From NCBI RefSeq assembly GCF_018350175.1, contig NC_058373.1, positions 116,934,001 through 116,998,000 on the forward strand: 64,000 nucleotides of DNA, written 5' to 3'. The notes under the pieces are model-generated. The model saw only the letters and a program-made list of their open reading frames with translations, did not search any database and was not told where the DNA came from. The position numbers and the translations under genes were made by a program. This stretch comes from Felis catus. Lineage: Eukaryota. The stretch's first letter is position 1. The number at the start of each line of letters is the position of its first letter. This document shows, piece after piece, positions 1-10,200 of the stretch.

Positions 1-187
1 ATACATTGTTAAAAGAAATTAAAAGAAGACCTAATAAACAGAAAGCCATTTCATGTTCATGGATCAGGAGATTTTATATTTATATGACAATATTCCCCAA
101 ACGGATCTACAAATTCAGGGCAATCCCTATCAAAATCCCAGCTGGCTTCTTTGTAGAAATTGACAAGCTGATTCTAAAACTTGTATG
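1..187 (+). mobile_element. Old L1 (L1M/L1MB-like) ORF2 fragment, left part
   Basis: Translation SCSWIRR...[25 protein letters not shown] matches the L1 ORF2 region after the RT domain; the element resumes at about 1823. Confidence 0.85.
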
Positions 188-1820
188 GGGCAATCCCTAT
201 TAAAACACCACCACCATTTTTCACAGAACTAGAACAAATAATCCTAAAATTTATTTGGAACCACAAAAGAACCCCAAACAGCCAAAGCAATCCTGAAAAA
301 GAAAAATAAAACTGGAGGCATCACGATGCTGGATTTCAAGCTGTATTACAAAGCTGGGTCATCAAGACAATATGGTACTGGCATAAAAACAGACACATAG
401 ATCAATGGAACAGGATAGAAAACAAGAAATGGACCCACAACTATATGGTCAACTAATCTTCGACAAAGCAGGAAAGAATATCCAGTGGGAAAAAGACAGT
501 TTCTTCTACAAATGGTGTTGGGAAAACTGGACAGCTACCTGCAAAAGAATGAAACTGGGCCACTTTCTTACACCATACACAACAATAAATTCAAAATGGA
601 TGAAAGACCTAAATGTGAGACAGGAAATGATCACAATTCTAGAGAACACAGGCAGCAATCTCTTTGATCTCTGCCAGAGCAACTTTTTACTAGACATGTC
701 ACTGAAGGTAAGGGAAACAAAAGTAAACGTGAACTATTCGGACCTCATCAAGATAAAAAGCCCCTGCACAGCAAAGGAACAATCAACAAAACTAAAAGGC
801 AGCACACTGAATGGGAGAAGATATTTGCAAATGACATATCAGATAAAGGGTTAGTATCCAAAATCTATAAAGAACTTAACAAATTCAACACCCCAAAAAT
901 AAATAACCAAGTTAAGAAATGGGCTGAAGACATGAATAGACACTTTCCCAAAGAAGACTTTCAGATGGCTAACAGACACATGAAAAGATGCTCAATATCA
1001 CTCATCATCTGGGAAATACAAATCAAAACCACAGTGAGATACCACCTCCCACCCGTCAGAATGGCTAAAATTAACAACATAAGAAACAATAGGTATTGGT
1101 GAGGATGTGGAGAAAAGGGAACCCTGTTGCACTGTTGGGAATGCAAACTGGTACAGCCACTCTGGAGAACGGTATGGAGGCTCCTCAAAAAACTAAAAAT
1201 AGAACTACCTTATGACCCTGCAATTGCACTATTAGGTATTTACCCACAGAAGACAAAAACACAGTTTTGAAGGGTTACCTGCACCCCAATGTTTATAGCA
1301 ACATTATAGACAATAGACAATGGCCAAATTATGGAGAGAGCCCAAATGGTCATTGACTGACAAATGGATAAAGAAGATACGGTGTGTGTGTATATATATA
1401 AAGAATATTACTCAGCCATCAAAAAGAATGAAATCTTGCTATTTGCAATGATGTAGATGGAGCTATAATGCATTATGCTAAGTGAAATAAGCTATAATGC
1501 ATTATGCTAAGTGAAATAAGACAATACCATACGATTTCACTCATATGTGGAATTTAAGAAATAAAAACAGATGAACATATGAGAGGCGGAAGGAAAGAGA
1601 AGAGAGGGAAACAAACTACAAGAGACTCTTAATGATAGAAAAAAACTATGGGTTGCTGGAAGGAGGTGGGTGGGAGATGGGCTAGGTGGGTGATGGGTAC
1701 TAAGGAGGGCATTTGTTGGGATGAGCACTAGGTGTTGTATGTAAGTGACTAATCACTGAATTCTGTTCCCAAAACCAGTATAGGACTGTATGTTAACGAA
1801 CTAAAACTTAAATTAAAAAA
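188..1820 (+). mobile_element. Carnivore L1, 5'-truncated (degenerate ORF2 C-terminus, 3'UTR, A tail)
   Basis: ORF 405-854 ([29 protein letters not shown]) is L1 ORF2; G-rich 3'UTR near 1660-1740; A-rich end near 1810-1820; frameshifts and stops present. Confidence 0.93.
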
Positions 1821-1822
1821 GT

Positions 1823-3478
1823 GAAATTTAAGGGACCCAGAATCATCAATCTTGAAAGAGAACAAAGTTTTGACAATGACTGATCTCAAAATTTACTATA
1901 AAATTATAGTAATCAAGACAGTGAAGTACTGATAAAGATAGACATAGAGGTCAACAGAATGAAAGTTAGAGGTGAACTGTCACTTTTTTAATCAACTGAT
2001 TTTTGACAAGGGTTCCAAGACAGATTAATGAATGAAGAATAATCTTTTCAATAAATGGTACCAGGACAACTGAATAGCCACATGTAAATAAATACTTCGG
2101 ACCCTTACTTCATGCCATATACAAAAACTAACTCCCAAAGGAGTAAGACCTAAATGGAAAAGCTGAAACTATAATACTCTTAGACAAAAACATAGGCATA
2201 AATCTTCACCATCTCCCATCAGGCAATGGCTTCTTAGATATGATATTGGAGGCATAGGAGAAAAATATATATTGGACATCACCAAAATTAAAAACTTGGT
2301 GCATCAGGGATGCCTGGGTGGCTCAGTCGGTGAAGTGTCTAACTTCAGCTCAGGTCATGATCTCACGGTTCATGGGTTCGAGCTCTGCATTGGGCTCTGT
2401 GCTGACAGCTCGAGCCTGGAGCCTGTTTCAGATTCTGTGTCTCCCTCTCTCTCTGCCCCTCCCCTGCTTGCACTCAGTCTCTGTCTCTCAAAAATAAACA
2501 TTGAACAGTTTTTTATTTAAAAAGATTTTTTGTGCACCAAAAGATACCATTAAGAAAGTCAAAAGAGAACCCACAGACTGAGAGAAAACTTTTGGAAATC
2601 ATATATTAAGAGACTGATATCCAGAATATGGACATGTGGAATGATATGGAATACGTATATGGAAAAATGGGTATGGAAAGAACATTTACAACTCAATAAT
2701 AACCCAATTAAAAAATGGACAAAGGATCTAAATAGGTATTTCGCCAAAGAAAACATACAAATGGCCAATAAGCATATGAAAAGATGTTTAACATGACTGG
2801 CCATTAGAGCAGTGCAAGTCAAAACCACAATGAAATAACCAGACAATAACACGCACTGGTGAGAAGGTGGAGACATTGGAACCCTAATACACTGCCCGCG
2901 GGAATGTAAAATGATACGGCCATTTTGAAAAACATTTTGGTAATTTCTTAAACAGTTAAACAAATAAACGTTCCATATGGTCCATCAATTCCATTCCTAG
3001 GTATTTACTCAAGAGAAATGAAAGCATGATGTCCACCAAAGACTTGTAAGGCAAATGTGTAGAGACAGGAAACAGCTCAGTGTCGGCCTGGGTCTGCAGG
3101 TGGGAGGAGGTATTGACTACAAGTGGAAAGGGTGACCTTTTGTGGCGTTGGAGACATTTTAAAATTGGATGTTCGGATGGTTACGCAGATCTACAACTTT
3201 ACTTAAAGGCACTGACTTGCACACTTACAATGGGTGAATTTTGTGGTATGAAAATTGTACCTCTGTTGAAATGAAATTTCAAATGAAATGAAAATTGTAA
3301 AACTGTTGAAGAGAAATAACCAGTAACAAGGTAGAAGGAATGGTGGTAGGGATAAATCAAGACTGGCAATACGTTGAAAATTGTAGAAGTTGCACGCTTC
3401 GTAATGAGGGTTCATTATACTATTCCTTGTACTTTTGTGTATATTTGAAATTTTTCGTAACACAGAGTTAAAAAATAA
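1823..3478 (+). mobile_element. Old L1 (L1MB-like) ORF2 3' part and 3'UTR, continuation of 1-187
   Basis: Degenerate ORF2 motifs (gatttttgacaagggttccaag, ccaataagcatatgaaaagatg) and L1M-type 3' ends; interrupted by a SINE. Confidence 0.8.
2307..2524 (+). mobile_element. Can-SINE
   Basis: gggatgcctgggtggctcagtcgg head, (CT)n, AATAAA tail. Confidence 0.92.
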
Positions 3479-3780
3479 ACCAGTAGTATTCTGAGAAAAT
3501 TTCGCAGATGAAAAACCATCTGACAGGAAAAGTCTACTTAATGGTAAGACTCTTCGGAAAGAAATTGCACATTGAGATGAACTGTACACATTTCTAATTA
3601 TAAATTCAGACTAAGCATCGAGTTGTCTTTATTCGATTGCCATTTAAAAATGTAGATTTTGAAAATCTGTATCACAATACTCACAGGTCTGTGGTCCCCA
3701 ACGCATAATGTTTCTAGGGCTCAGCGTCTCCTGTGGACAAACAAGATGGTCCGCTGGATGACCCCGCTTGCTCTCTGCAG

Positions 3781-3793
3781 GTTGCCTGGCAAC
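3781..3793. promoter_or_regulatory. RFX X-box-like palindrome GTTGCC-T-GGCAAC
   Basis: Perfect inverted repeat fitting GTNRCC(N0-3)RGYAAC; motif match only. Confidence 0.35.
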
Positions 3794-4583
3794 AAGCTAT
3801 CTGGGATCAGTGGCTTTCTGTCCTCCAGTGGAAGGGAATGCACATGGTCTTGACTTTCCACAAGGTCTCCAGGTGCTATCAGCGCTGGTCTGCTGTCCCC
3901 CCGAACAGCTAGGGTTTACGTTCAGACCGCTCTCTGGTTGCCTTATAAAAATGCCGGGCAACGAAGGAAACTTTCCACATGGAGCACATATAGCCTATTC
4001 TGCGTATAGCCCTTTTGAAAAGGTTGAAGGGGTCAGATAGATCATTCTGGGTGTGGGAGCCATGGCTTTGGGTGGGAGTGTGGGAGGTAATGGCAGGCCA
4101 CTGGCCAAGCTGAGATTGTCAGTGACCATGTGGTCCGAGGTTTATGCCCATGGACTGCAGGAACCATAGAGTAGTGGTTCAAGCCTTAAAGAGAGATCAT
4201 CGATAATGGAAGACAAGCCTGCTCATAATTCTACTACTTTGCTTTTCTGAAAAATGTGTTGAGCTCTAAGGACAAGAAGAATGAAACAAAAGAGGTCCTT
4301 CCTAGGCCACCGACAAAATGGCTTGGTCATCCTAACCAATGAGATCTGAAATCCATTAACACGCAGCAACCAGGGTCATTTCGTGGAGAAACAACAACAG
4401 AAGTGTGAATTGGGCTCCCACCATCATCGCCACCACTGGCTGGAGGAGTCCTGAGAAGTGTGTTCATGTACAGGCCGTGAAAGGACCACATTAGGGAAGT
4501 TAAGGGAAACCAAGAGGCAGGTAATAGAGTGGGTGATTAATCAAGATCCCCTACTGCCAAGTGAATTGTCTAGAACCTGTCCA

Positions 4584-4607
4584 GTTTTCTTTTTTCCTTT
4601 TCTTTTC

Positions 4608-4638
<31 letters not shown>

Positions 4639-4748
4639 CTTTTCTTTTCTTTTCTTTTCTTTTCTCTTTTCTTTTCTCTTTTCTTTTCTTTTCTTTTCTT
4701 TTCTTTTCTTTTCTTTTCTTTTCTTTTCTTTTCTTTTCTTTTCTTTCT
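4584..4748. repeat. (TTTTC)n polypyrimidine microsatellite
   Basis: About 160 bp of pure T/C abutting an antisense L1 3' end. Confidence 0.97.
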
Positions 4749-5050
4749 TCACCATGATAAATGCACTCTTTAATCCCCTCCCCTATTTCCCTCATCCCCC
4801 TGCCCACCTCTCCACTGGTAGCCATCAGTTTGTTCTCTAGAGTTAAGAGTCTGGAGTCTGTGTTTTTGGTTTGTCTCCTTTAAAAATTTTGTTCATTTGT
4901 TTGATTTCCTACATTCTACGCATGAGTAAAATCATATGCTATTTGTCTTTCTCAGACTGGTTTACTTAGCATTATACTCTCTGGACCCATCCATGTTGTT
5001 GTGAATGGTAAGATTTCATTCTTTTTTTATGGCTGAGTAATATTCCATGA
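4749..5050 (-). mobile_element. Carnivore L1 3'UTR fragment
   Basis: catcagtttgttctctagagttaagagtctg...atttcattcttttttatggctgagtaatattcc; followed by (GATA)n at about 5053-5073. Confidence 0.88.
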
Positions 5051-5269
5051 TATAGATAGATAGATAGATAGATCGATCGATTGTCAGTCCTGATTGACAC
5101 TGGGGAAAGCATGATGCCCACATGGGCTTTGTTTCATTGGGAAACGACAACAATGGCAAATGAATGGACAGACATGGAAGGACACACAGAATGTCACACA
5201 GACCACAGCTTGCATACCTGTGCCACTCTCCCACCTCACCTCTGCTGGTTATGAGAAAGGCTGGGGCAG

Positions 5270-5522
5270 TGAGTGGTGTGGTGTGGTGTTAAAGAAAGTG
5301 AACAATGGGGTTAGATGGCCCGAGTTCAAGTCCTGGCTCTCCCATTTGGTCCAGAGCAAATCACTTAGAGTCTCTACACCTTGGCTTCCTCATCCTTAAA
5401 AAGTGGATTATGTTAGCACCTCCCTCACAGGCTGTTATCAGTATTAAATGAGACAATGTTTTAATTCTAGACACAGGGCCGGTCATGTAGGAAGCCCTCA
5501 GTGAATGGTGGTCATTGTTGTT
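5270..5522 (+). mobile_element. MIR
   Basis: gagttcaagtcctggctct, ttcctcatccttaaaa, ctcacaggctgttatcagtattaaatgag core. Confidence 0.8.
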
Positions 5523-5634
5523 ACTCACGTGGCAGGAGGTGCAACTCACACACTGTGTGACTGCATTATATCCATACATCCATATGTATCCAGGACAAAA
5601 AGGTGACTTCTCTGTTTAAAGGAGTCCTTCAGCA

Positions 5635-5756
5635 GAGTGCCTGGCTGGCTTAGTCAGAGGAGTATGCAACTCTTGATCTCGGGGTGGTGAGTTCGATCCC
5701 CACATTGGGTGTAGAGATTACTGAAATAAAGAAATAAACTTAAAAATATAATAAAA
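5635..5756 (+). mobile_element. Short old Can-SINE (no CT tract)
   Basis: gcctggctggcttagtcagaggagtatgcaactcttgatctcgggg...gtagagattact; imperfect TSD gagtccttcag/gagcccttcag. Confidence 0.85.
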
Positions 5757-5764
5757 GAGCCCTT

Positions 5765-5930
5765 CAGAAAGTCCAACACAACTTTCCTGCTTGCATCTCA
5801 TGGGCCAGAACTTAGTCACGTGGCCGCTCTAGGCACAAAGGAGCGTGGGAAAAATACATGGTGGTCCTGAATCCAGGTTCTGATTCCAAGGAGGAGGGGA
5901 CAATGGATGATGAGATCCAATCTCTGTCAC
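5765..5930. mobile_element. MaLR LTR (MLT1-like) fragment
   Basis: catctcatgggccagaacttagtcacgtggcc motif typical of old MLT1. Confidence 0.55.
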
Positions 5931-6129
5931 ACTTCATCAGACATGTGGAGGTTTTCAGAATTTCAAATGAATCATGGAGATGGGTGATGTATTTGATTTT
6001 CCATTGTAGCAGAATCTTCTAGTGGCGTATCCATTACCCATTCCCTCCAACTCTCTCTCTAGCAGAATCTTCATTTGGGGGGAGAGAAATGCTGTCTTGA
6101 AAGAAAGCTGTTTTCTTCACTTCCCTTGT

Positions 6130-6545
6130 ATAAAGTTCGAGCCATGGGACCCACTTCAGGTTTATGAGCCGTAAACCCCACCTTGCTCAGTATCTGGGAA
6201 ACCCTTTGCTTCCTAGAGAGAGGCCCTTCCTGCAGTTTCCCTCCCTTCTTCCTTCCTAGAGCGTGGACTTGATGGCTAGAGCTGAAGCACCACATTGGAC
6301 ACAAAAGGCAAAGGCCAAATATAGAGGAGACCTTGGTCTTAATATCCTGGAGCCTCTCCACTAATGTTGTCAATCATGCTTCTAACCTTCTTGTATGAGA
6401 AACAAAACAAAACAAAACAAAACAAAACAAAACACCTACGTGTTTAAGCCACTATCAGCCTCTAGAACTGTGAGAAGTAAATGTCTGTCCTTTAAGCCGC
6501 CCAGTGGATAGGGTTTTGTTGTAACTGCCCAAGCAGACTAGGACA
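6130..6545 (+). mobile_element. MaLR LTR (MLT1) fragments with (AAAAC)n
   Basis: cagcctctagaactgtgagaagtaaatgtctgtcctttaagcc...gcagactaggaca is an MLT1 3' end. Confidence 0.7.
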
Positions 6546-6885
6546 AAATGCATAGGAATAAAGTTAAGAAACTTAAAAATTCCCCTATAGGGATGTATAC
6601 AAGACTTGAAATAAATGGAAAGCTAAAATAATTCTGATAAGAAAATTCAAATATTAGAGATATCAATTTTGCCTAAGATACTTTACGCCACGATCCTGAT
6701 TTTAAAAAGGAATATGAAGTAGGTATTATTGAGAATTGGGCAAGCTGGTGATGAAGTTCACATGGAAAAATACATGGGCAATGGATCCAGGCTATCTCCA
6801 TCTCAGTTCCTCAATGAAAAAAAAAAAAAAAAAAAAAAAAAAACCAAAAACCAAAAACCAAAAACCAAAAAACAAAAAATGAAAA
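6546..6885 (+). mobile_element. Very old L1 ORF2 fragment with A-rich tract
   Basis: gacttgaaataaatggaaag, caagctggtgatgaagttcacatggaaaa; poly(A) and (AAAAACC)n at 6817-6879. Confidence 0.55.
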
Positions 6886-7094
6886 CAGAAATGTTCTGGT
6901 AAAGCTTGGCCTGCAAGCAACTCACATCCTCTGTTCTTTCAATTGGTAAGACCAAGTCATGGGCCAGACATGGCTGCTGGTGAGGGGGGAGCAGGGGTTG
7001 AGGAGGGCTGGGAATATGGCAGCCTCCCTGTAGCCACACTGAACTATGGAAGGGGATCCACTGCCTTATGTGTTTCTTACAAGGACTGACGGGA

Positions 7095-7260
7095 GGCTTA
7101 TGATCATGCCTGTTTTAGAGACCTCCCCGAGTCTTAGGGAGGTGAAGTACTTTCCCAAGTTCACAATTAGTAACTGTCAGCACTGGGAATCAAACTGGGT
7201 TTGTTTTGCAGCAATGAATCCCAAGCCTGAGCTTTTTTCTCTGCAGCATGTTAAAATTTA
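7095..7260 (-). mobile_element. MIR
   Basis: agggaggtgaagtactttcccaagttcaca antisense core. Confidence 0.65.
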
Positions 7261-10200
7261 GAGCTGGAAGGGAATTTGGAGATTGTCTAGTTGCCCCCGA
7301 GACTGTAAAATGCATGTGGGCCTCTCCTGGAGTAGCCACTCAATTATACATGTCACCTGCCTGACCAGCAGACTGGCTGACTGTCCTCCAGAGGAGCAGA
7401 CTGACATTAGGCCTTTGAATGACATGTCTAGGTCCTCTGCTAGCTCATGGCAGAACCGGGATGAGGCCCTGTGTCAGCTAATCATTCTGTCTTCTAAGCC
7501 ACACCGCCATGCTTCCCTTGTCTCTTGCCTATGGACACATTCCAGCCCATCCAACCCCTCTGGCCAGAGGCTAAGTAAATCCTTTATTCTCCACTATGAG
7601 GGTTACACACGGCTCACAGGCAGGGACCGTGCAGTTTTCCACGCGGTGATAACTTCACGGAAAAGTTTGACTTCTTATCTGAGGTCCTTCATTTCACCCG
7701 TGAGGCTTGACCAGCCTCACTTCCCTCTTGATGATGCCGGTTCTAGGCAAAAACAATTTTGGGGGGGATTTCCTCTCTTCTTGAATTCATTTGGAGACTG
7801 CCCTAAACGCGTCACACCTGGAACTGGTTTCTCGCTGCTTCTTTACAAATCTGGACTCTCTTAAATTGTCATTCCTTTGCTTCCTAACCTGAGGCCAGAT
7901 CTGTTTTTGGATTGATTCCAAATGGCTTGCGCCTCATAATTAACCCTTCTTTCCCTGGCGGTCACGGGGAAGAATCTGGCACTGGCCCAACTCTGTCCCC
8001 CGATGTCTGCCTTGGGGTTGCATCTGCTCTACCCACACCAGGAGCACAGCACGCGTACTTTGCTGCATGGTTTAGTCCCCCACCAGTAAGCTTCTTACGT
8101 ATTGCCAATTTCCACGTGCAGGATACACACACCCCCCTTATAGACACACGTAGCCTTACTATTTATACGGGTTCATTCTTACCTGCGCCTAAACAGATAC
8201 ATGTATTACGCCCCCGGAACCAGTGGGTTATTCATCACAGTAGTAATGAATCTGGGAAAGCCCAGATCTGCCCTTGGAGCGGACTTCACTTTTGCCCAAT
8301 GAGAATGATTCTCCTGGGTGACAGGAGGGAATAGTTCGGTACCCATCATTGAGACGCAAGACCCAAACCAAACCTCAACAACTCATAACCCGAGGCACTG
8401 GAGCACTAAAACCGCTTTAAAGAGAGTTTTGAGAGGCGGTGATTATCTTGGTAAGCAACCCCTATTTTAGGTGTCCTCCCAAGTGGGAAAAGTTTTGTCT
8501 GAATAGGCCAACGCCCTTTAAATTTCATGTGGAGGAAAAAATGTCATAACATAAAAGAGAAATGAGTAAGAAAATGAGTTCCTTCCACTCATATGTGTAT
8601 TTGACACTGAAAATAAGAACTTTCATTGCAAGTGATATTATGTGATGTCTTGAGCCTACAGAGCTGGACGTTTGGTCATATAATTACCAGTGTTTATCTG
8701 CATTCACTTTGGTGTGTTCAAATCTTATGTTAAGGAAAAAGAATGTAACTCCAAATAATCACAGTGTTATCAGACCATAAAGGATTCTTCATAAACCAGC
8801 ACCAGATGCTATAACTCTCCCTTTCCCCCCGGTGGCTTCTTCAGCTAAGTGTGAAAAATAAATGGTTGACCTGAAAGGACCAGCCCCGACTAAAGGCTTG
8901 AGCGCTCGCTCTCTCTCTACAGAAGGAAAACTTGGGGGCCACCTGGTAGCCAGACCCAACGTCTTTGAATTTCTTCCTGTTCATGTTCTGAGCCTCCTGA
9001 CTGATCCTCATCCTGGGAAGGAAAAGGAAAGCCAGATGTTCCTGTTGAAAAAAAGTTGGAGCTTGAAATTCATCCAAAGTGAGCTGTCGGGAGGAGGTTC
9101 TATGGTGAGTAGGAAGTAGAAGTAGAGGAGGGAAGTAGAGGAGGGAAAATCAAAGGCATTCACCGGGCCGGGACCAAGGCAAGGTGGCCATGCCAACAGC
9201 CTGTCATCTGTCTAGAGTCAGGGCTGTGGCTCCGGTGCAGAGGTGGAGAAGCAGGACCCGCGAGGGGTCTAGCATGTGTCTTGGGAACAGGAGCCGAGGA
9301 GGGAAAGATCATATGTGTGGGGCCAGCTTTGCACACAGTGGCCCAGAGCCCAGAGGGCACCCTGAAGGTGCGCTCTATTGGGGGTCTCGCAGTCGGATAC
9401 AAGAATGAGGCAGAGTGAATGCTGGCAGTGGGGAGAAACATGCTAGTTGCAATAAAATAGTGGGGAGAGAAGCCTTTTGTATGGGTGTATGGGTAGTGTC
9501 GTATTCTTGGATCTCTGGAAGCTCCTTGACAAGCCAGTGCAGTGGGGTGATGTTCTTCATTTCCTCACCCCCCTGGGGTCCTACCCTTCCACTAGCATCA
9601 GTCAGACTATGTTACCAGGGGAGAGCTGTCAAAGTGAAGGGCAAAGGGCAAAGTAAAAACCCACACGTTTCTCGGGGTTTGACTTCCCAAATGGACATTT
9701 ATATCGCCCACTGGGAGAAAACCCAACTTTTAAGTACCAAAGTCAAAGTTTGTGCCATACGCCAGAGGCCCGGGAAGGAAGCCTGATGCTGTCATGGGCA
9801 GCTGTCCTGCCCTAAACTTGACCAAAGGGTGTGCTGGATGAGAAGGGTGGAGGAGGAAGATGAGAGCCACAATGCTGGCATGTGGTCCTGAGCTCTTGTC
9901 CCATCCCACTTGTCTGGGGGCTGAGGCGGGGGGACAGACCTCTTTACATTTAGGGCTGTAGGGGGAGAGAGAAGGGGTGCCTCCTTATCCATCTGGTGTT
10001 CTGAGGGCTTCACAAATGTGTGGGTGGAGGTGATTAAGACCGGGATGGTGTCAGGGCAAGGAAGGCTTGCCTGGCAACCCTTCAGCCCAGAGACAAGGGC
10101 AGGCAGCTCAGAAGTGAGTTTTCTCCTGTGAGAGAGAAAGGGGGAAGAGGCAGACTCACAGCGAGCCACAGAAGTGAGGATGGTGAGAAGCCCAAGGTGG

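Noticed and set aside
405..854. 149-aa ORF as a host gene
   Set aside because: L1 ORF2 remnant bounded by frameshifts
2307..2400. tRNA genes (A and B boxes)
   Set aside because: tRNA-derived SINE heads followed by CT tracts and A tails
4458..4825. Phe/Ser-rich and Lys/Arg/Glu-rich ORFs
   Set aside because: Translations of the (TTTTC)n repeat
7283..7864. Longest ORF in the track (193 aa)
   Set aside because: Non-ATG start, no recognisable domain, composition typical of a chance ORF, no convincing splice signals
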